64,000 bases of DNA, taken from the NCBI GenBank assembly GCA_049700315.1, contig JBNAVN010000003.1, positions 8,724 through 72,723 on the forward strand, written 5' to 3'. The DNA is from a bacterium (GTDB lineage: Bacteria; Hydrothermota; Tepidihabitantia; SM23-42; JAOAFX01). Numbering within the stretch: position 1 is the stretch's first letter; every line of letters begins with the position of its first letter. Shown here in pieces: positions 17,825-28,150 of the stretch. Below the pieces are notes generated by a model. It was not told the DNA's origin and did no database searches. It saw only the letters and a list, made by a program, of their open reading frames with translations. The translations under genes were made by a program, and so were the position numbers.

Positions 17825-19189
17825 ATGATAGGAAGAAAAAAAACTTCTCAGGCTGAACCAGTTGAAGAAATTGTCAGACTTAGAACCCAAATTAAGAAAC
17901 TACAGGAAAATTTAAGACGTTCTCAGGCAATTATCAAGGCAGTATTTGAAAACTCGCCCGTTGGTATAACCGTACGTTTGGGTTCAGGAAAATTGGTTTC
18001 GTTTAACAAAGCCTGGAAAAAAATCTGGAATTTAACATATCACAAAATCGCTGAGAATGAAAGAAAATCTAAAAACTGGAATGTCCGACAGAGATATCCA
18101 TTTCTCAAGGATGCCATACCAAAAGTTCAACGTATCTTTGACAAGGGCGGGGAGATATTTTTGCCAGAAATTCATGTTGCCAATTCAAAGACCAAATTTG
18201 ATAAATGGATTTCCCAGCATTATTACGCAATAAAAAATAATAAAGGCCGGGTGGAACACATTGTTACCATTACTCAGGATATAACCGAACAGAAGCGCAC
18301 TCTTCTGGCGCTTCAGGAAAGTGAGGCAAAATTCAGAACCATTGTCAACAATGTCAATCTTGGGGTTTATCGTTCTACAGTCAAGCCCCCAGGATATTTT
18401 ATCCAGGTCAATCCTGCATTTGTAAAAATGTTTGGTTACAATTCGATGAAACAGATATTGAAAACTCCCGTAGAAAGATTCTACAAAAATCCAAAAGACC
18501 GTATGGAGTTCGTTAATGAATTAATGTCAAAAGGAGAAGTCAGAGATCGAGAGTTGCTATTAAAAAAATTTGATGGTTCACTGTTCTGGGCTTCAATATA
18601 TGCCAAGGCACATTTTGATGAAAACGGAGATCTTCAGTGGATTGACGGCGTGATTGAAGATATTACTGAACGGAAGAGAATGACTGAGACTTTGCACGCC
18701 CTCTCATTTACTGATGAACTCACCGGATTATACAACCGTCGGGGATTTCTTACTTTGACTGAACATCAAATGAAAATCGCTGATAGGACCAAAAAACCAA
18801 TGTTTCTGCTCTTTGTGGATATGGATAATCTTAAAGATATTAATGATGAATATGGGCATCCTATGGGTGACCAGGCGCTTATTCAGACAACCAGGATTCT
18901 GAAGAAGACATTTCGTGGCTCTGACATCATTGCCCGCATTGGCGGCGATGAATTTGTTGTGTTGACCCTTGAAATGCAAAAGACAAAAGGCGAGGTTTTC
19001 TACAGACGTCTACAAAAAAGTCTGGATATTTTTAACGAATCAGCAAGATTACCTTTTAAGATTGCCCTGAGTGGTGGATGGGCTTATTATGATCCCAAAA
19101 GACCACGCACCATTATCCAGTTGTTAAAACAGGCAGATAGAATGATGTATTTGCATAAGCAAAAGAAGAAACGACTTATTAAGAGTTGA
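17825..19189 (+). CDS. PAS-PAS-GGDEF diguanylate cyclase
   Basis: RIGGDEFVV active site with an RxxD I-site 5 residues upstream. Two PAS-like segments. ATG at 17825 chosen over the upstream TTG. Confidence 0.8.
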   Translation: MIGRKKTSQAEPVEEIVRLRTQIKKLQENLRRSQAIIKAVFENSPVGITVRLGSGKLVSFNKAWKKIWNLTYHKIAENERKSKNWNVRQRYPFLKDAIPKVQRIFDKGGEIFLPEIHVANSKTKFDKWISQHYYAIKNNKGRVEHIVTITQDITEQKRTLLALQESEAKFRTIVNNVNLGVYRSTVKPPGYFIQVNPAFVKMFGYNSMKQILKTPVERFYKNPKDRMEFVNELMSKGEVRDRELLLKKFDGSLFWASIYAKAHFDENGDLQWIDGVIEDITERKRMTETLHALSFTDELTGLYNRRGFLTLTEHQMKIADRTKKPMFLLFVDMDNLKDINDEYGHPMGDQALIQTTRILKKTFRGSDIIARIGGDEFVVLTLEMQKTKGEVFYRRLQKSLDIFNESARLPFKIALSGGWAYYDPKRPRTIIQLLKQADRMMYLHKQKKKRLIKS

Positions 19190-19450
19190 TAGTTCATTAA
19201 GAATTTTGATTAAAGGGAAGTAAGAATGAGATATCTTACGATAATAATAAAAGAAAAATCATATAGAGGTTTGAGTGCCGGGAATTATCTCTTGTTATTC
19301 AGCAGAGGCACATAATACACAGTTAGAAAACTAATTATCTACTGAAGTAACCGTCTCTGGATTACCGGCCTTCACTATCTGGACGCAATGCTGTGTAGTA
19401 AATTCATTGGAATCTTATTGACTTAATATCCTAAATATATATAATCTGCT

Positions 19451-20383
19451 ATGAAAATACTCGTTACTGGTGGTGCTGGTTTTATAGGATCGCACATTGT
19501 TGATGCTTATGTTAAAGATGGTCATACTGTAGTAATCATTGATGACCTTTCAACTGGTGATATTAGAAATCTAAATCCCCGGGCAGAATTCTATAGAGAA
19601 GATATTTGCTCATCAGATATTGAAAAAATATTTGAAAGACATAAATTTGATGTTATTAACCATCATGCAGCACAAATAAATGTGCGTCGTTCACTTGAAG
19701 ACCCATTGTTTGATGCCCGTGTCAATATCACAGGTTCTTTAAATCTTCTCAATTTATCATCAAAATACAATATAAAGAAATTTATCTTCTCCTCAAGTGG
19801 TGGCGCAATCTATGGTGAACCCGAAAGATTCCCGATTACCGAAGATTACCAACCCGCACCACTGTGTCCCTATGGTGTTGCCAAACTTGCAGTAGAACAC
19901 TACATCAAGGTATTCGCGAAATTATACAATTTCAAATATGTTATTCTCCGCTATAGTAATGTTTATGGACCGCGCCAGATTTCCAAAAGTGAAGCAGGTG
20001 TAATATCAATTTTTATTAATCAGATCTTGGAAAAGAAAGAATGCTTTGTGAATGGTGATGGCGAACAAATAAGAGATTATGTGTATGTTGGTGATGTAGT
20101 AAAGGCGAACCTATTGGCTTTAGATGCTGAATCAAACTATTTTAATATTGGTACAGGCATTGAGACAAGCGTGAACAAACTCCTCAATGTGCTGGGACAA
20201 ATATTAAATAAGGCAATACCTCATCAACATCGTGCACCAATACCTGGCGAAGTACTTAAAAATGTTTTGGATTTTTCAAAGGCAAAAAAAACCTTGGGCT
20301 GGGCTCCAGAAATTTCCTTAATAAAAGGCATTGAACTGACATATAATTATTTCCATAATGAAAAACAAGGCAAGATATCTTAA
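19451..20383 (+). CDS. NAD-dependent epimerase/dehydratase (UDP-sugar 4-epimerase-like SDR)
   Basis: VTGGAGFIGSH Rossmann motif, YxxxK catalytic motif (YGVAK). 310 aa. Confidence 0.8.
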   Translation: MKILVTGGAGFIGSHIVDAYVKDGHTVVIIDDLSTGDIRNLNPRAEFYREDICSSDIEKIFERHKFDVINHHAAQINVRRSLEDPLFDARVNITGSLNLLNLSSKYNIKKFIFSSSGGAIYGEPERFPITEDYQPAPLCPYGVAKLAVEHYIKVFAKLYNFKYVILRYSNVYGPRQISKSEAGVISIFINQILEKKECFVNGDGEQIRDYVYVGDVVKANLLALDAESNYFNIGTGIETSVNKLLNVLGQILNKAIPHQHRAPIPGEVLKNVLDFSKAKKTLGWAPEISLIKGIELTYNYFHNEKQGKIS

Positions 20384-21248
20384 TTTAGAAGTTCTTGCCC
20401 GTTTATCAAAACTTGATTTAAAGGCAAGATTAGTAGTAGAAGGATTTTTGACCGGATTACACCATAGCCCCTACAAGGGCTTTTCCCAGGAATTTACTGA
20501 TTACCGGCCCTATATGCCGGGTGATGAATTGAAAAGTATTGACTGGAAAGTCTATGGCCGGCGTGATCGTTTCTATATCCGGGAATATCAAGAAGAAACA
20601 AACCTCCGTGCCTACATACTCCTTGATAAAAGCGGCTCTATGGGTTATGGAAGAAATATAACAAAACTTGAGTATGCAAAATTTCTGAGTGCCTGTCTTG
20701 CCTATTTACTATACAAACAACGCGATGGTGTAGGTATTATTACCTTTGATACAAAAATCAACGATTTTGTACCTGCTTCAGCAAAAAAAATGAACTTTAC
20801 ACGCATTCTCCAGGCAATTGATGGAATAAGTCCAGGTAATGAAACATCTCTCGCCCGAGTTCTATTTGAACTCGGGCAGAAGATCAAGCGAAGGGCGCTG
20901 GTCATAATTATCTCGGACCTTTTTGATCAGCCAAATATGGTTTTGAAATCTTTGAAATCCTTTCGTGCGCGCAAACATGAAATAATTGTTTTTCAAATTC
21001 TTGACCCTCAGGAGTTTACATTCCCCTTCAGTGAAACGGCAATTTTCCAGGATATGGAGACAGATGAAAATCTTGTTGTTGAACCCGGTGCAATCCGCGA
21101 TTCATACCGAAAGAAATTCAAAGAATTCTTGAATTCCTATAATCAGGGAATGCTCGAATCCCGGATAGACTATGAGTTGGTCAACACGACAGAAACATTT
21201 GATCGCGCATTGTTTTCATATCTTCAAAAACGCTCAAGACTTGTATGA
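20358..21248 (+). CDS. DUF58 family protein (vWA-like, MoxR-associated type)
   Basis: YRPYMPGDELKSIDWKVYGRRDRFYIREY motif typical of DUF58. Confidence 0.7.
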   Translation: MKNKARYLNLEVLARLSKLDLKARLVVEGFLTGLHHSPYKGFSQEFTDYRPYMPGDELKSIDWKVYGRRDRFYIREYQEETNLRAYILLDKSGSMGYGRNITKLEYAKFLSACLAYLLYKQRDGVGIITFDTKINDFVPASAKKMNFTRILQAIDGISPGNETSLARVLFELGQKIKRRALVIIISDLFDQPNMVLKSLKSFRARKHEIIVFQILDPQEFTFPFSETAIFQDMETDENLVVEPGAIRDSYRKKFKEFLNSYNQGMLESRIDYELVNTTETFDRALFSYLQKRSRLV

Positions 21249-23056
21249 AATTCCTCAATCCTGCATATCTGCCTGGTCTAATTCTTATTTCCGTTCCCAT
21301 TATCATCCATCTATACTTTAGAAAAAGACTGAAGAAAATCCCTTTCTCTTCACTGGTGTTTTTGAAGGGTGCTGAAGCATCAAGATTGAAATGGCTAAAA
21401 CTGAAGGAAATCCTGATTTTGCTTGCCAGGTGTCTGCTTGTCGCCGCCTTATTTCTGGCCCTTGCCCGACCCCAGTACGAAGGTAGAGTCTTCACAGGAA
21501 ACAAACTCGCATCTGTATATCTAATTATTGACAACTCCTTCAGTATGGGGTATGGTAAGAATTTTGAAACTGCCTTAGAACAGGCAGAAAAAATCATTAA
21601 CATATATTCACCGAAAAGTATGTTTTATGTTATTCCAATGTGCGAACAGAAGGATTTCAAATCATTTTGGTGCGACAAGAGTTCTGCGTCCAGAAATCTG
21701 AAGGAACTCAAATTATCAAATTCCACCGGGCGATTGAAAGATTTATATGATAAATTTTTGCACGAAAAAAGTGATTTGCCAAAGGAATTTATATACATTG
21801 GTGATGGTCAGGCAATCAATTTCAAGGGCATTGACACATTAGGCAATTTCTACTGGTTAAGAATACCCCTCGGTAGTAATACTGCAGTTGAATATGTAAT
21901 ATTAAAAAATCCGTTTATGATACCCGAGCAGAATTATCAAATGACGGTAAGTGTAAGAAACTATTCAACTCATTCATACCAGGGTAAGATCCAGATTTCT
22001 GCAGGTAACTATTTTAGTCAGCAGGATTGTAATATTCCGCCGGGACAGGATTATGTAACCAACTTTTCATTACCTGTTACCCTCCAAAAAGGTGTAGTAA
22101 AGATAGACAATGACAGTCTGCCAATTGATAATCAATACTACTTTTGTAAATCTCTTTTGACAAAAACAAAGGTTTTGATTGTGGGTAATGACAACTATAT
22201 TAGATTGGTATTATCACCCTCACAAACGATTAAATCACCATTTGAAATTGAAAATACCCGGGATTTAAAAAGAATAGACCTGCGTCCGTTTCAGGTTATC
22301 ATCCTCAATGGCATTGAAGAAATTACCGAATTTGAAAAATTGAAATTGGCGAACTTTCTTGCACAATCAAGAAATGGAATGATCGTCTTTCTGGCACCAA
22401 AGATCGGCAGACAATTGGCAAGTTTGATTGCTGAGTGTGGTGAAGTTGGTAATTGGATGAATATGGATGGCTACTTGAATATCAAATCTTATGATACAGA
22501 TTATCAAGCATTTCAAATCTTCAAAGAGAACCCCGGATTGAAAACTATTAAATTTTTCAGGTTCTGTGAGGTTAAGCCACGGGGCAATGTACTGGCAGAA
22601 CTGGATAATGGTATGCCCCTTATTATCAATCAAAGGAATATTGTGGTCTTTGCCACAGAAATCAATGAAAATAATACAGATATTATGTATAATCCTAATT
22701 TCCTACCATTACTCCATTCACTTATTTATGGACTGGTAAACAGAAATATAGATAGCGAATTTAAAATTGGAGAGAAATTCCTCAGAACAGGCTTGATAAA
22801 AGGGCCTGAGGGTGAAATTCTGAGTGAAGGTATTTTTTCAAAGCCTGGCTTTTATACAATTGATGGTGAAACACTGGGTGTCAACATAGATCCGATTGAG
22901 AGTAATTTCGCAACAATCAGTCCAGAAATGGCAAAAAATTTAGGAATAAAAACAATTACTATTGAATCATCAGGTGGGCCCGCAGATTTAACTAACTTTT
23001 TTTTGATCCTGGCGCTATGCGCCTTTGTCTGCGAGCTCGTACTTCTTTTGTTGTGA
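21245..23056 (+). CDS. BatA-like aerotolerance-family membrane protein (N-terminal double TM domain)
   Basis: N-terminal NPAYLPGLILISVPIIIHL motif of the BatA/TIGR02226 family. C-terminal TM anchor. Confidence 0.55.
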   Translation: MKFLNPAYLPGLILISVPIIIHLYFRKRLKKIPFSSLVFLKGAEASRLKWLKLKEILILLARCLLVAALFLALARPQYEGRVFTGNKLASVYLIIDNSFSMGYGKNFETALEQAEKIINIYSPKSMFYVIPMCEQKDFKSFWCDKSSASRNLKELKLSNSTGRLKDLYDKFLHEKSDLPKEFIYIGDGQAINFKGIDTLGNFYWLRIPLGSNTAVEYVILKNPFMIPEQNYQMTVSVRNYSTHSYQGKIQISAGNYFSQQDCNIPPGQDYVTNFSLPVTLQKGVVKIDNDSLPIDNQYYFCKSLLTKTKVLIVGNDNYIRLVLSPSQTIKSPFEIENTRDLKRIDLRPFQVIILNGIEEITEFEKLKLANFLAQSRNGMIVFLAPKIGRQLASLIAECGEVGNWMNMDGYLNIKSYDTDYQAFQIFKENPGLKTIKFFRFCEVKPRGNVLAELDNGMPLIINQRNIVVFATEINENNTDIMYNPNFLPLLHSLIYGLVNRNIDSEFKIGEKFLRTGLIKGPEGEILSEGIFSKPGFYTIDGETLGVNIDPIESNFATISPEMAKNLGIKTITIESSGGPADLTNFFLILALCAFVCELVLLLL

Positions 23057-23057
23057 A

Positions 23058-23972
23058 TTAATAAACAACGACTTTAATACGCTGGGGCTTGATATAAACC
23101 GAGCTTAAGAATTCAGGCAGGATGATTTCTGGTGAAAGATCGTATTCACCACCTACAAGGTCCGTCGTCTTAATGCGCAATCCAATGTTTTCTTTTATCA
23201 AACCACTGACCTGGCTGCGCGCTCCCTGAACAATAAGCGTGTCTATGGATTGATTGGAAATCCAGATCTTCTGCCCGGCATTTTTCAAGATATTCACTGG
23301 AACATTTGTAAATATCCTCTGGTCTGATGTATCTATTACTACTCTTACTCTTAAATTTTCAGTTGAAAACTTGATCAAACTGGATACCGGATCAAGTTTA
23401 AGGGTTTTTTCAAAAGTTGCAGACTGATTTTTCACATCCAGGGATTCAACACTTACTTCATTCAATTTCTGCAAAATCTTCTTTGGTCCTGTTATCTGGA
23501 TAGTATCAAGCGATTCAATCGTTGATATTGAAAATCCATTTTTCAGAACTCCTTTGATCGGAATCAATGGCTTGACAGTTTTGCTAACTTTCTCATCAAC
23601 CTCAACATTGATAAATTTCGCACCATAATTTACCAACACATCCTCTAATGGCATTGCAAGATCCTTTGTAGAAATGACATTCTTCCCTGGCACTACCTCA
23701 GAAAGATTACACTCTGCTTCTGGTGGATTTGCCCAGATCCCGAAAAGCGCCTTTCCCTTACCACTAAACGAAATCTTCAATTTTGTTAATGAATCGGTGA
23801 TAATATAAGCCTCCGGCAGACTCGTATATTTGACTAAGATCTCCCGTTCATAACTATATCTGCCATCAATTGCGACAAATAGCCATAGTCCAAAGGCAAA
23901 TAATAATGCCAGAATCTTGCGTGCAGGTTCTAAGGTGAAAAATCCTAAAATTGATTTCAGGATTTTGAGCAT
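23058..23972 (-). CDS. YbbR-like domain protein (CdaR family)
   Basis: N-terminal TM anchor followed by repeated YbbR-like beta-rich segments. 304 aa. Confidence 0.55.
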   Translation of the reverse strand: MLKILKSILGFFTLEPARKILALLFAFGLWLFVAIDGRYSYEREILVKYTSLPEAYIITDSLTKLKISFSGKGKALFGIWANPPEAECNLSEVVPGKNVISTKDLAMPLEDVLVNYGAKFINVEVDEKVSKTVKPLIPIKGVLKNGFSISTIESLDTIQITGPKKILQKLNEVSVESLDVKNQSATFEKTLKLDPVSSLIKFSTENLRVRVVIDTSDQRIFTNVPVNILKNAGQKIWISNQSIDTLIVQGARSQVSGLIKENIGLRIKTTDLVGGEYDLSPEIILPEFLSSVYIKPQRIKVVVY

Positions 23973-24862
23973 AAGAATACCATTATGCCCTTTTGTATGT
24001 GCAAACGGTTTTCTGCCTGATCAAAAACAATTGAATGCGACCCATCAATCACCTCATCAGTAATCTCTTCTCCCCTATGTGCAGGAAGACAATGCATTAT
24101 TATGTAATCATCTTTCTTTGCATTTTTTAGCAGCATACTATTCAACTGAAAGGGCTTGAATATTTTCTTACGCTGCTCTGCCTCTGACTCCTGCCCCATT
24201 GATGCCCAGACATCAGTATAGATAACATCTGCATCCTTTACGGCCTCTGCTGGATTATCGGTTATTTTCACATTCTTTGCCTTCTTCAAATATTCCTTGT
24301 CTGGTTCATATCCATTGGGCGTGGCAATCTTCATAGGAAAACCGAGCAACGCTGATGCGGCTACAAAGGAATTACATACATTATTGCCATCGCCAACATA
24401 TGCCAGGGTAATCTTGTTCAAATCACCTTTTTTCTCAATCACAGTAAAAAGGTCGCAGAGTATCTGACATGGGTGTTCAAGATCACACAACCCATTTATC
24501 ACCGGTACACTTGCATTTTCAGCAAGCTCTTTGATATGATTATGGCTATACACCCTTGCCATAATCAAATCAACCCACCGTGAAAGGTTCTTTGCCACAT
24601 CCTTTACAGTTTCTCTTTTCCCTAATTGTATATCAGCAGGTGCAAGATATATGGCATGACCACCAAGCTGGGTCATACCAGTCTCAAATGTTACCCTGGT
24701 CCTCAATGATGGCTTTTCAAATATCATTGCCAGGGTTCTATCTTTCAAAATCTTGTGTTCAATTCCTTTTTTCTGTTTATCTTTCAGTTCCCGGGTAACA
24801 TCAAATATCTTATAGATTTCATCCCGGCTCAAATCAAAGATTGAAGTGAGGTCTCTTTTCAC
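23957..24862 (-). CDS. argF: Ornithine carbamoyltransferase
   Basis: SLRTRVTFE (STRTR motif), DVWASMG, HCLPAHRGEE motifs. 301 aa. Confidence 0.8.
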   Translation of the reverse strand: MKRDLTSIFDLSRDEIYKIFDVTRELKDKQKKGIEHKILKDRTLAMIFEKPSLRTRVTFETGMTQLGGHAIYLAPADIQLGKRETVKDVAKNLSRWVDLIMARVYSHNHIKELAENASVPVINGLCDLEHPCQILCDLFTVIEKKGDLNKITLAYVGDGNNVCNSFVAASALLGFPMKIATPNGYEPDKEYLKKAKNVKITDNPAEAVKDADVIYTDVWASMGQESEAEQRKKIFKPFQLNSMLLKNAKKDDYIIMHCLPAHRGEEITDEVIDGSHSIVFDQAENRLHIQKGIMVFLCSKS

Positions 24863-24931
24863 TTTTCTCCTCTTTTTGATTATTATATAGAATTTCGGAC
24901 AAAAATCAATAGAACAAGTTAAACCAACCCA

Positions 24932-24959
24932 TTGACAAAAGTAAAAAATGCTTTATAAT
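24932..24959 (+). promoter_or_regulatory. Sigma70-type promoter, TTGACA-N16-TATAAT, 5 nt upstream of the thrS ATG (leaderless arrangement)
   Basis: TTGACA at 24932 and TATAAT at 24954, read directly. ATG at 24965. Confidence 0.45.
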
Positions 24960-24964
24960 TGACT

Positions 24965-26863
24965 ATGTTGAAGATTAAGCTTAATGGCAGCATAATGGAA
25001 GTCCAGGCAGGTAAGAAGATTGCGGATTTAATAACGGATAAGGATTATATTGCGGCTCGGATAAATGGAGAATTGAAAGACCTGAATATACCCATCACCG
25101 AGAACTGCGAAGTAGAATTGATCAAATCCAGTGACCCTGAAGGACAGCAAATCTTCTGGCATTCAACTTCTCATATAATGGCGATGGCAGTAAAGATCCT
25201 GTTCCCTGATGCGAAACTTGCCATAGGTCCTGCAATTGACCAGGGCTTTTACTATGATTTCGACCGTCCGAGTCCATTTTCCACTGAAGACCTTGCAAAA
25301 ATAGAAGAGAAAATGTCTGAGATAATCAAAGAAGATATACCATTTGAACGGATTGTAATGACCAAAGAGGCAGTGATTGAATTTTTTTCGCGCCGCAGTG
25401 AATATTACAAAGTGGAACTGGTCAAAGAAATAAATGATAAAGAAATAAGCCTTTATCGCAATGGAGAATTTGTTGACCTCTGCCGTGGCCCGCATATTCC
25501 AAGGACCGGACTTGTCAAGGCATTCAAACTTCTCAGCGTTGCTGGTGCTTACTGGCGCGGTGATTCAAGATTGCCTATGCTCTCAAGAATATATGGCATA
25601 TCGTTTACCTCAAGTGAACAATTGAAGAATTATCTACACAAACTTGAAGAAGCACAGAAAAGGGACCACCGCAAATTAGGAACTGAACTTGAATTATTTT
25701 CAATTTTTGATGAAGCGGGCGCAGGGTTGGTTTTCTGGCATCCAAAAGGTACGATTGTAAGAAGATTGATTGAAGAATACTGGATCAAACAACATCTGAA
25801 AAATGATTATGAATTGATTGCCACTCCCCACATTGCCCGAAGCAATCTATGGCAAACTTCTGGACACTATGATTTTTACCGGGATAAGATGTTCACTTTA
25901 CCGGTTGAAAATGAAGAATATGTCCTAAAACCTATGAATTGTCCGGGTCATATTCTCATATATAAATCAAAGGTAAGAAGTTATAAAGAACTGCCTATAA
26001 AATATGCAGAACTGGCAACCGTGTATAGAAACGAACTTTCGGGAACCCTGCATGGTTTGCTAAGGGTGAGAGGTTTTACCCAGGATGATGCCCATATCTT
26101 TTGCAGACCTGACCAGATTGAAGAAGAGATTGTAAAAATCCTCCAATTGACCCTGACGATCTTCAAAAAATTCGGCTTTGAAGATTTTCAGGTGAATTTA
26201 TCAGTGCGTGATCCAAAAAATAAAGAGAAGTTTATGGGTTCTGATGAAGAATGGCAAAGGGCAGAGAATGGTTTGATATCTGCATTAAAGAAAGTGAAAT
26301 TGCAATACAAAGTTCAAATAGGAGAGGCAGTATTTTATGGTCCCAAGATTGATATCAATATCCTTGATGCACTGGGTCGTGCATGGCAGGCAACTACGGT
26401 CCAGTTTGATTTCAATCTGCCCAAGCGATTCAGCATTGAATATATGGATGCAAAAGGACAGCACAAAGAGGTTGTGGTTATCCATCGTGCTTTGTACGGT
26501 TCTTTGGAGCGGTTCATAGGAACCCTGATTGAACACTATGCAGGTGCATTTCCTTTCTGGCTTGCGCCGGTCCAGGTGGTGGTAATGCCCATAACGGACA
26601 AGGAAAACACCTATGCCCGGGATGTGTATAATCGGGCTCTGAAACGTGGTTTAAGGGTAGAGTTAAATAGTAAATCTATGAAAATAAACTATCGTATCAG
26701 AGAAGCAGAGGTCAAAAAAATTCCGTACATCCTTGTTGTTGGTCCCAGAGAAGTTGAGAAAAAGACCATTTCTGTAAGAAAAAGGGGACGCGGTGACCTC
26801 GGCGAAATGAAATTGAAAGATTTCTTCAATCTTTGTGATTCAGAACAAGGGGGTGAAGATTAA
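24965..26863 (+). CDS. thrS: Threonine--tRNA ligase
   Basis: TGS N-terminal domain, class II aaRS motifs. Zinc ligands in the catalytic core (CPGH...HRALYGS). About 630 aa. Confidence 0.9.
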   Translation: MLKIKLNGSIMEVQAGKKIADLITDKDYIAARINGELKDLNIPITENCEVELIKSSDPEGQQIFWHSTSHIMAMAVKILFPDAKLAIGPAIDQGFYYDFDRPSPFSTEDLAKIEEKMSEIIKEDIPFERIVMTKEAVIEFFSRRSEYYKVELVKEINDKEISLYRNGEFVDLCRGPHIPRTGLVKAFKLLSVAGAYWRGDSRLPMLSRIYGISFTSSEQLKNYLHKLEEAQKRDHRKLGTELELFSIFDEAGAGLVFWHPKGTIVRRLIEEYWIKQHLKNDYELIATPHIARSNLWQTSGHYDFYRDKMFTLPVENEEYVLKPMNCPGHILIYKSKVRSYKELPIKYAELATVYRNELSGTLHGLLRVRGFTQDDAHIFCRPDQIEEEIVKILQLTLTIFKKFGFEDFQVNLSVRDPKNKEKFMGSDEEWQRAENGLISALKKVKLQYKVQIGEAVFYGPKIDINILDALGRAWQATTVQFDFNLPKRFSIEYMDAKGQHKEVVVIHRALYGSLERFIGTLIEHYAGAFPFWLAPVQVVVMPITDKENTYARDVYNRALKRGLRVELNSKSMKINYRIREAEVKKIPYILVVGPREVEKKTISVRKRGRGDLGEMKLKDFFNLCDSEQGGED

Positions 26864-27389
26864 AAATCTACCAAGGGTCAATACCGAAATAAGAACCGAA
26901 AAAGTCAAACTGGTGGATGAAAATCGTCAGTATATGGGTATCTTTGATACTTCAATTGCCCTGCGCATTGCCCGCGAACGCGGACTTGATCTTGTGGAGG
27001 TTGCACCTGATGCCCAACCACCAGTTTGTCGTTTAATGAATTTCGGACGATATGTTTATGAAAAGAAAAGACAGGAACGGGAATCAAGGAAACATCAACA
27101 TCAGACTCAGGTCCGAGAAATGCGTATGTCAATGAAGATATCAGACCATGATTATCAGGTGAAAATGAACAAGATAAAGGAATTTTTGGAGAGAGGCGAC
27201 CGTGTAAAAGTGAAACTCAGACTGCGCGGCAGAGAGTTAATCCATGCACATTTAGGTATGAATCTGGTTGAAAGGGTGATCAATGATCTCCAGGCTATGG
27301 CCAAGGAAGAAGCACCGCCAAAACAGGAAGAACAGACTATTTCAGTGACTTTGATTCCACAAAGAACAAGAAAGGAGAACAAGGAATGA
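26835..27389 (+). CDS. infC: Translation initiation factor IF-3
   Basis: IRxxEVRL-like N-terminus (EIRTEKVKLVD), conserved C-domain. Start ambiguous: GTG 26835, GTG 26853, or ATT 26859 preceded by GGGGG. Confidence 0.8.
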   Translation: MIQNKGVKIKNLPRVNTEIRTEKVKLVDENRQYMGIFDTSIALRIARERGLDLVEVAPDAQPPVCRLMNFGRYVYEKKRQERESRKHQHQTQVREMRMSMKISDHDYQVKMNKIKEFLERGDRVKVKLRLRGRELIHAHLGMNLVERVINDLQAMAKEEAPPKQEEQTISVTLIPQRTRKENKE

Positions 27390-27574
27390 GTAAACTGAAA
27401 ACCAAGAGAGGCTGGCTAAAACGGGTCAAGATAAAAAAGAATGGTAAGATTCTGCGCTGGAAATCAGGGAAAAGGCATCTTTTAACAGGAAAATCAAGAA
27501 AACGCAAGAGGAGGCTTTCAAAACTAACCCCGGTGTCCAAGGCAGATCTCAAAAGATATAAGGACTTTAGATAG
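27386..27574 (+). CDS. rpmI: 50S ribosomal protein L35
   Basis: MSKLKTKRG...RHLLTGKS signature. 62 aa. Overlaps infC stop (ATGA). Confidence 0.85.
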   Translation: MSKLKTKRGWLKRVKIKKNGKILRWKSGKRHLLTGKSRKRKRRLSKLTPVSKADLKRYKDFR

Positions 27575-27579
27575 ATTGT

Positions 27580-27672
27580 TCTGTCGCAACCAACCTTGAA
27601 TTTTGCACAAGGAACAATCCTGTTGCACCTGGTGTACAGTTTTGCGCCAAGATTGCAAGGTTCGGTTGCTAC
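27580..27672 (+). promoter_or_regulatory. Structured spacer element between rpmI and rplT (long-range stem GCAACCAACCTTG / CAAGGTTCGGTTGC with internal repeats)
   Basis: Complementary segments at 27586-27600 and 27657-27671. Repeated TTGCA(C)AAGG. CACCTGGTG palindrome. Confidence 0.3.
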
Positions 27673-27674
27673 AG

Positions 27675-27703
27675 CCTTGACAGAATTTGTGTTATGGTTA
27701 TAA
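27675..27703 (+). promoter_or_regulatory. Sigma70-type promoter, TTGACA-N16-TATAAT, for rplT-pheST
   Basis: ccTTGACAgaatttgtgttatggtTATAATctc, read directly. Confidence 0.45.
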
Positions 27704-27774
27704 TCTCTCGGAATGCCCGAAAACTGAAATTTCAGGCAATCCAGAAAAAGAATTTAAAGAAAGGAGCATGACAG

Positions 27775-28143
27775 ATGCCAAGAACAAAGAATGCACCATA
27801 TACGAGAAAACGTCGAAAAAAATGGCTTAAGGCAGCAAAAGGATATTGGGGAGCAAAGCACCGCCTTTATAAGACTGCGAGAATACAGGTAATGAAGGCA
27901 TGGCTCTCTGCTTATCGAGAACGAAAACGGAAAAAAAGGGTTTTCAGGGCGTTATGGATCACAAGGATAAATGCAGCCTTAAGGGAAAAAGGATTAAAGT
28001 ATTCTGAATTTATTAATTCTCTGAAGAAGAACAACATAGAGATTGATCGCAAAACCCTGGCAATGCTCGCTTATGAGCATCCTGAGGAATTCAATTCCCT
28101 GGTTGAAGCCTGTAAGGCAATTAAGGAACAGCCAAAGGCATAG
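27775..28143 (+). CDS. rplT: 50S ribosomal protein L20
   Basis: KGYWGAKHRLYKTA...RRERKRKKR...WITRINAA signature. SD AAAGGAG upstream. Confidence 0.9.
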   Translation: MPRTKNAPYTRKRRKKWLKAAKGYWGAKHRLYKTARIQVMKAWLSAYRERKRKKRVFRALWITRINAALREKGLKYSEFINSLKKNNIEIDRKTLAMLAYEHPEEFNSLVEACKAIKEQPKA

Positions 28144-28150
28144 ACAGAAA

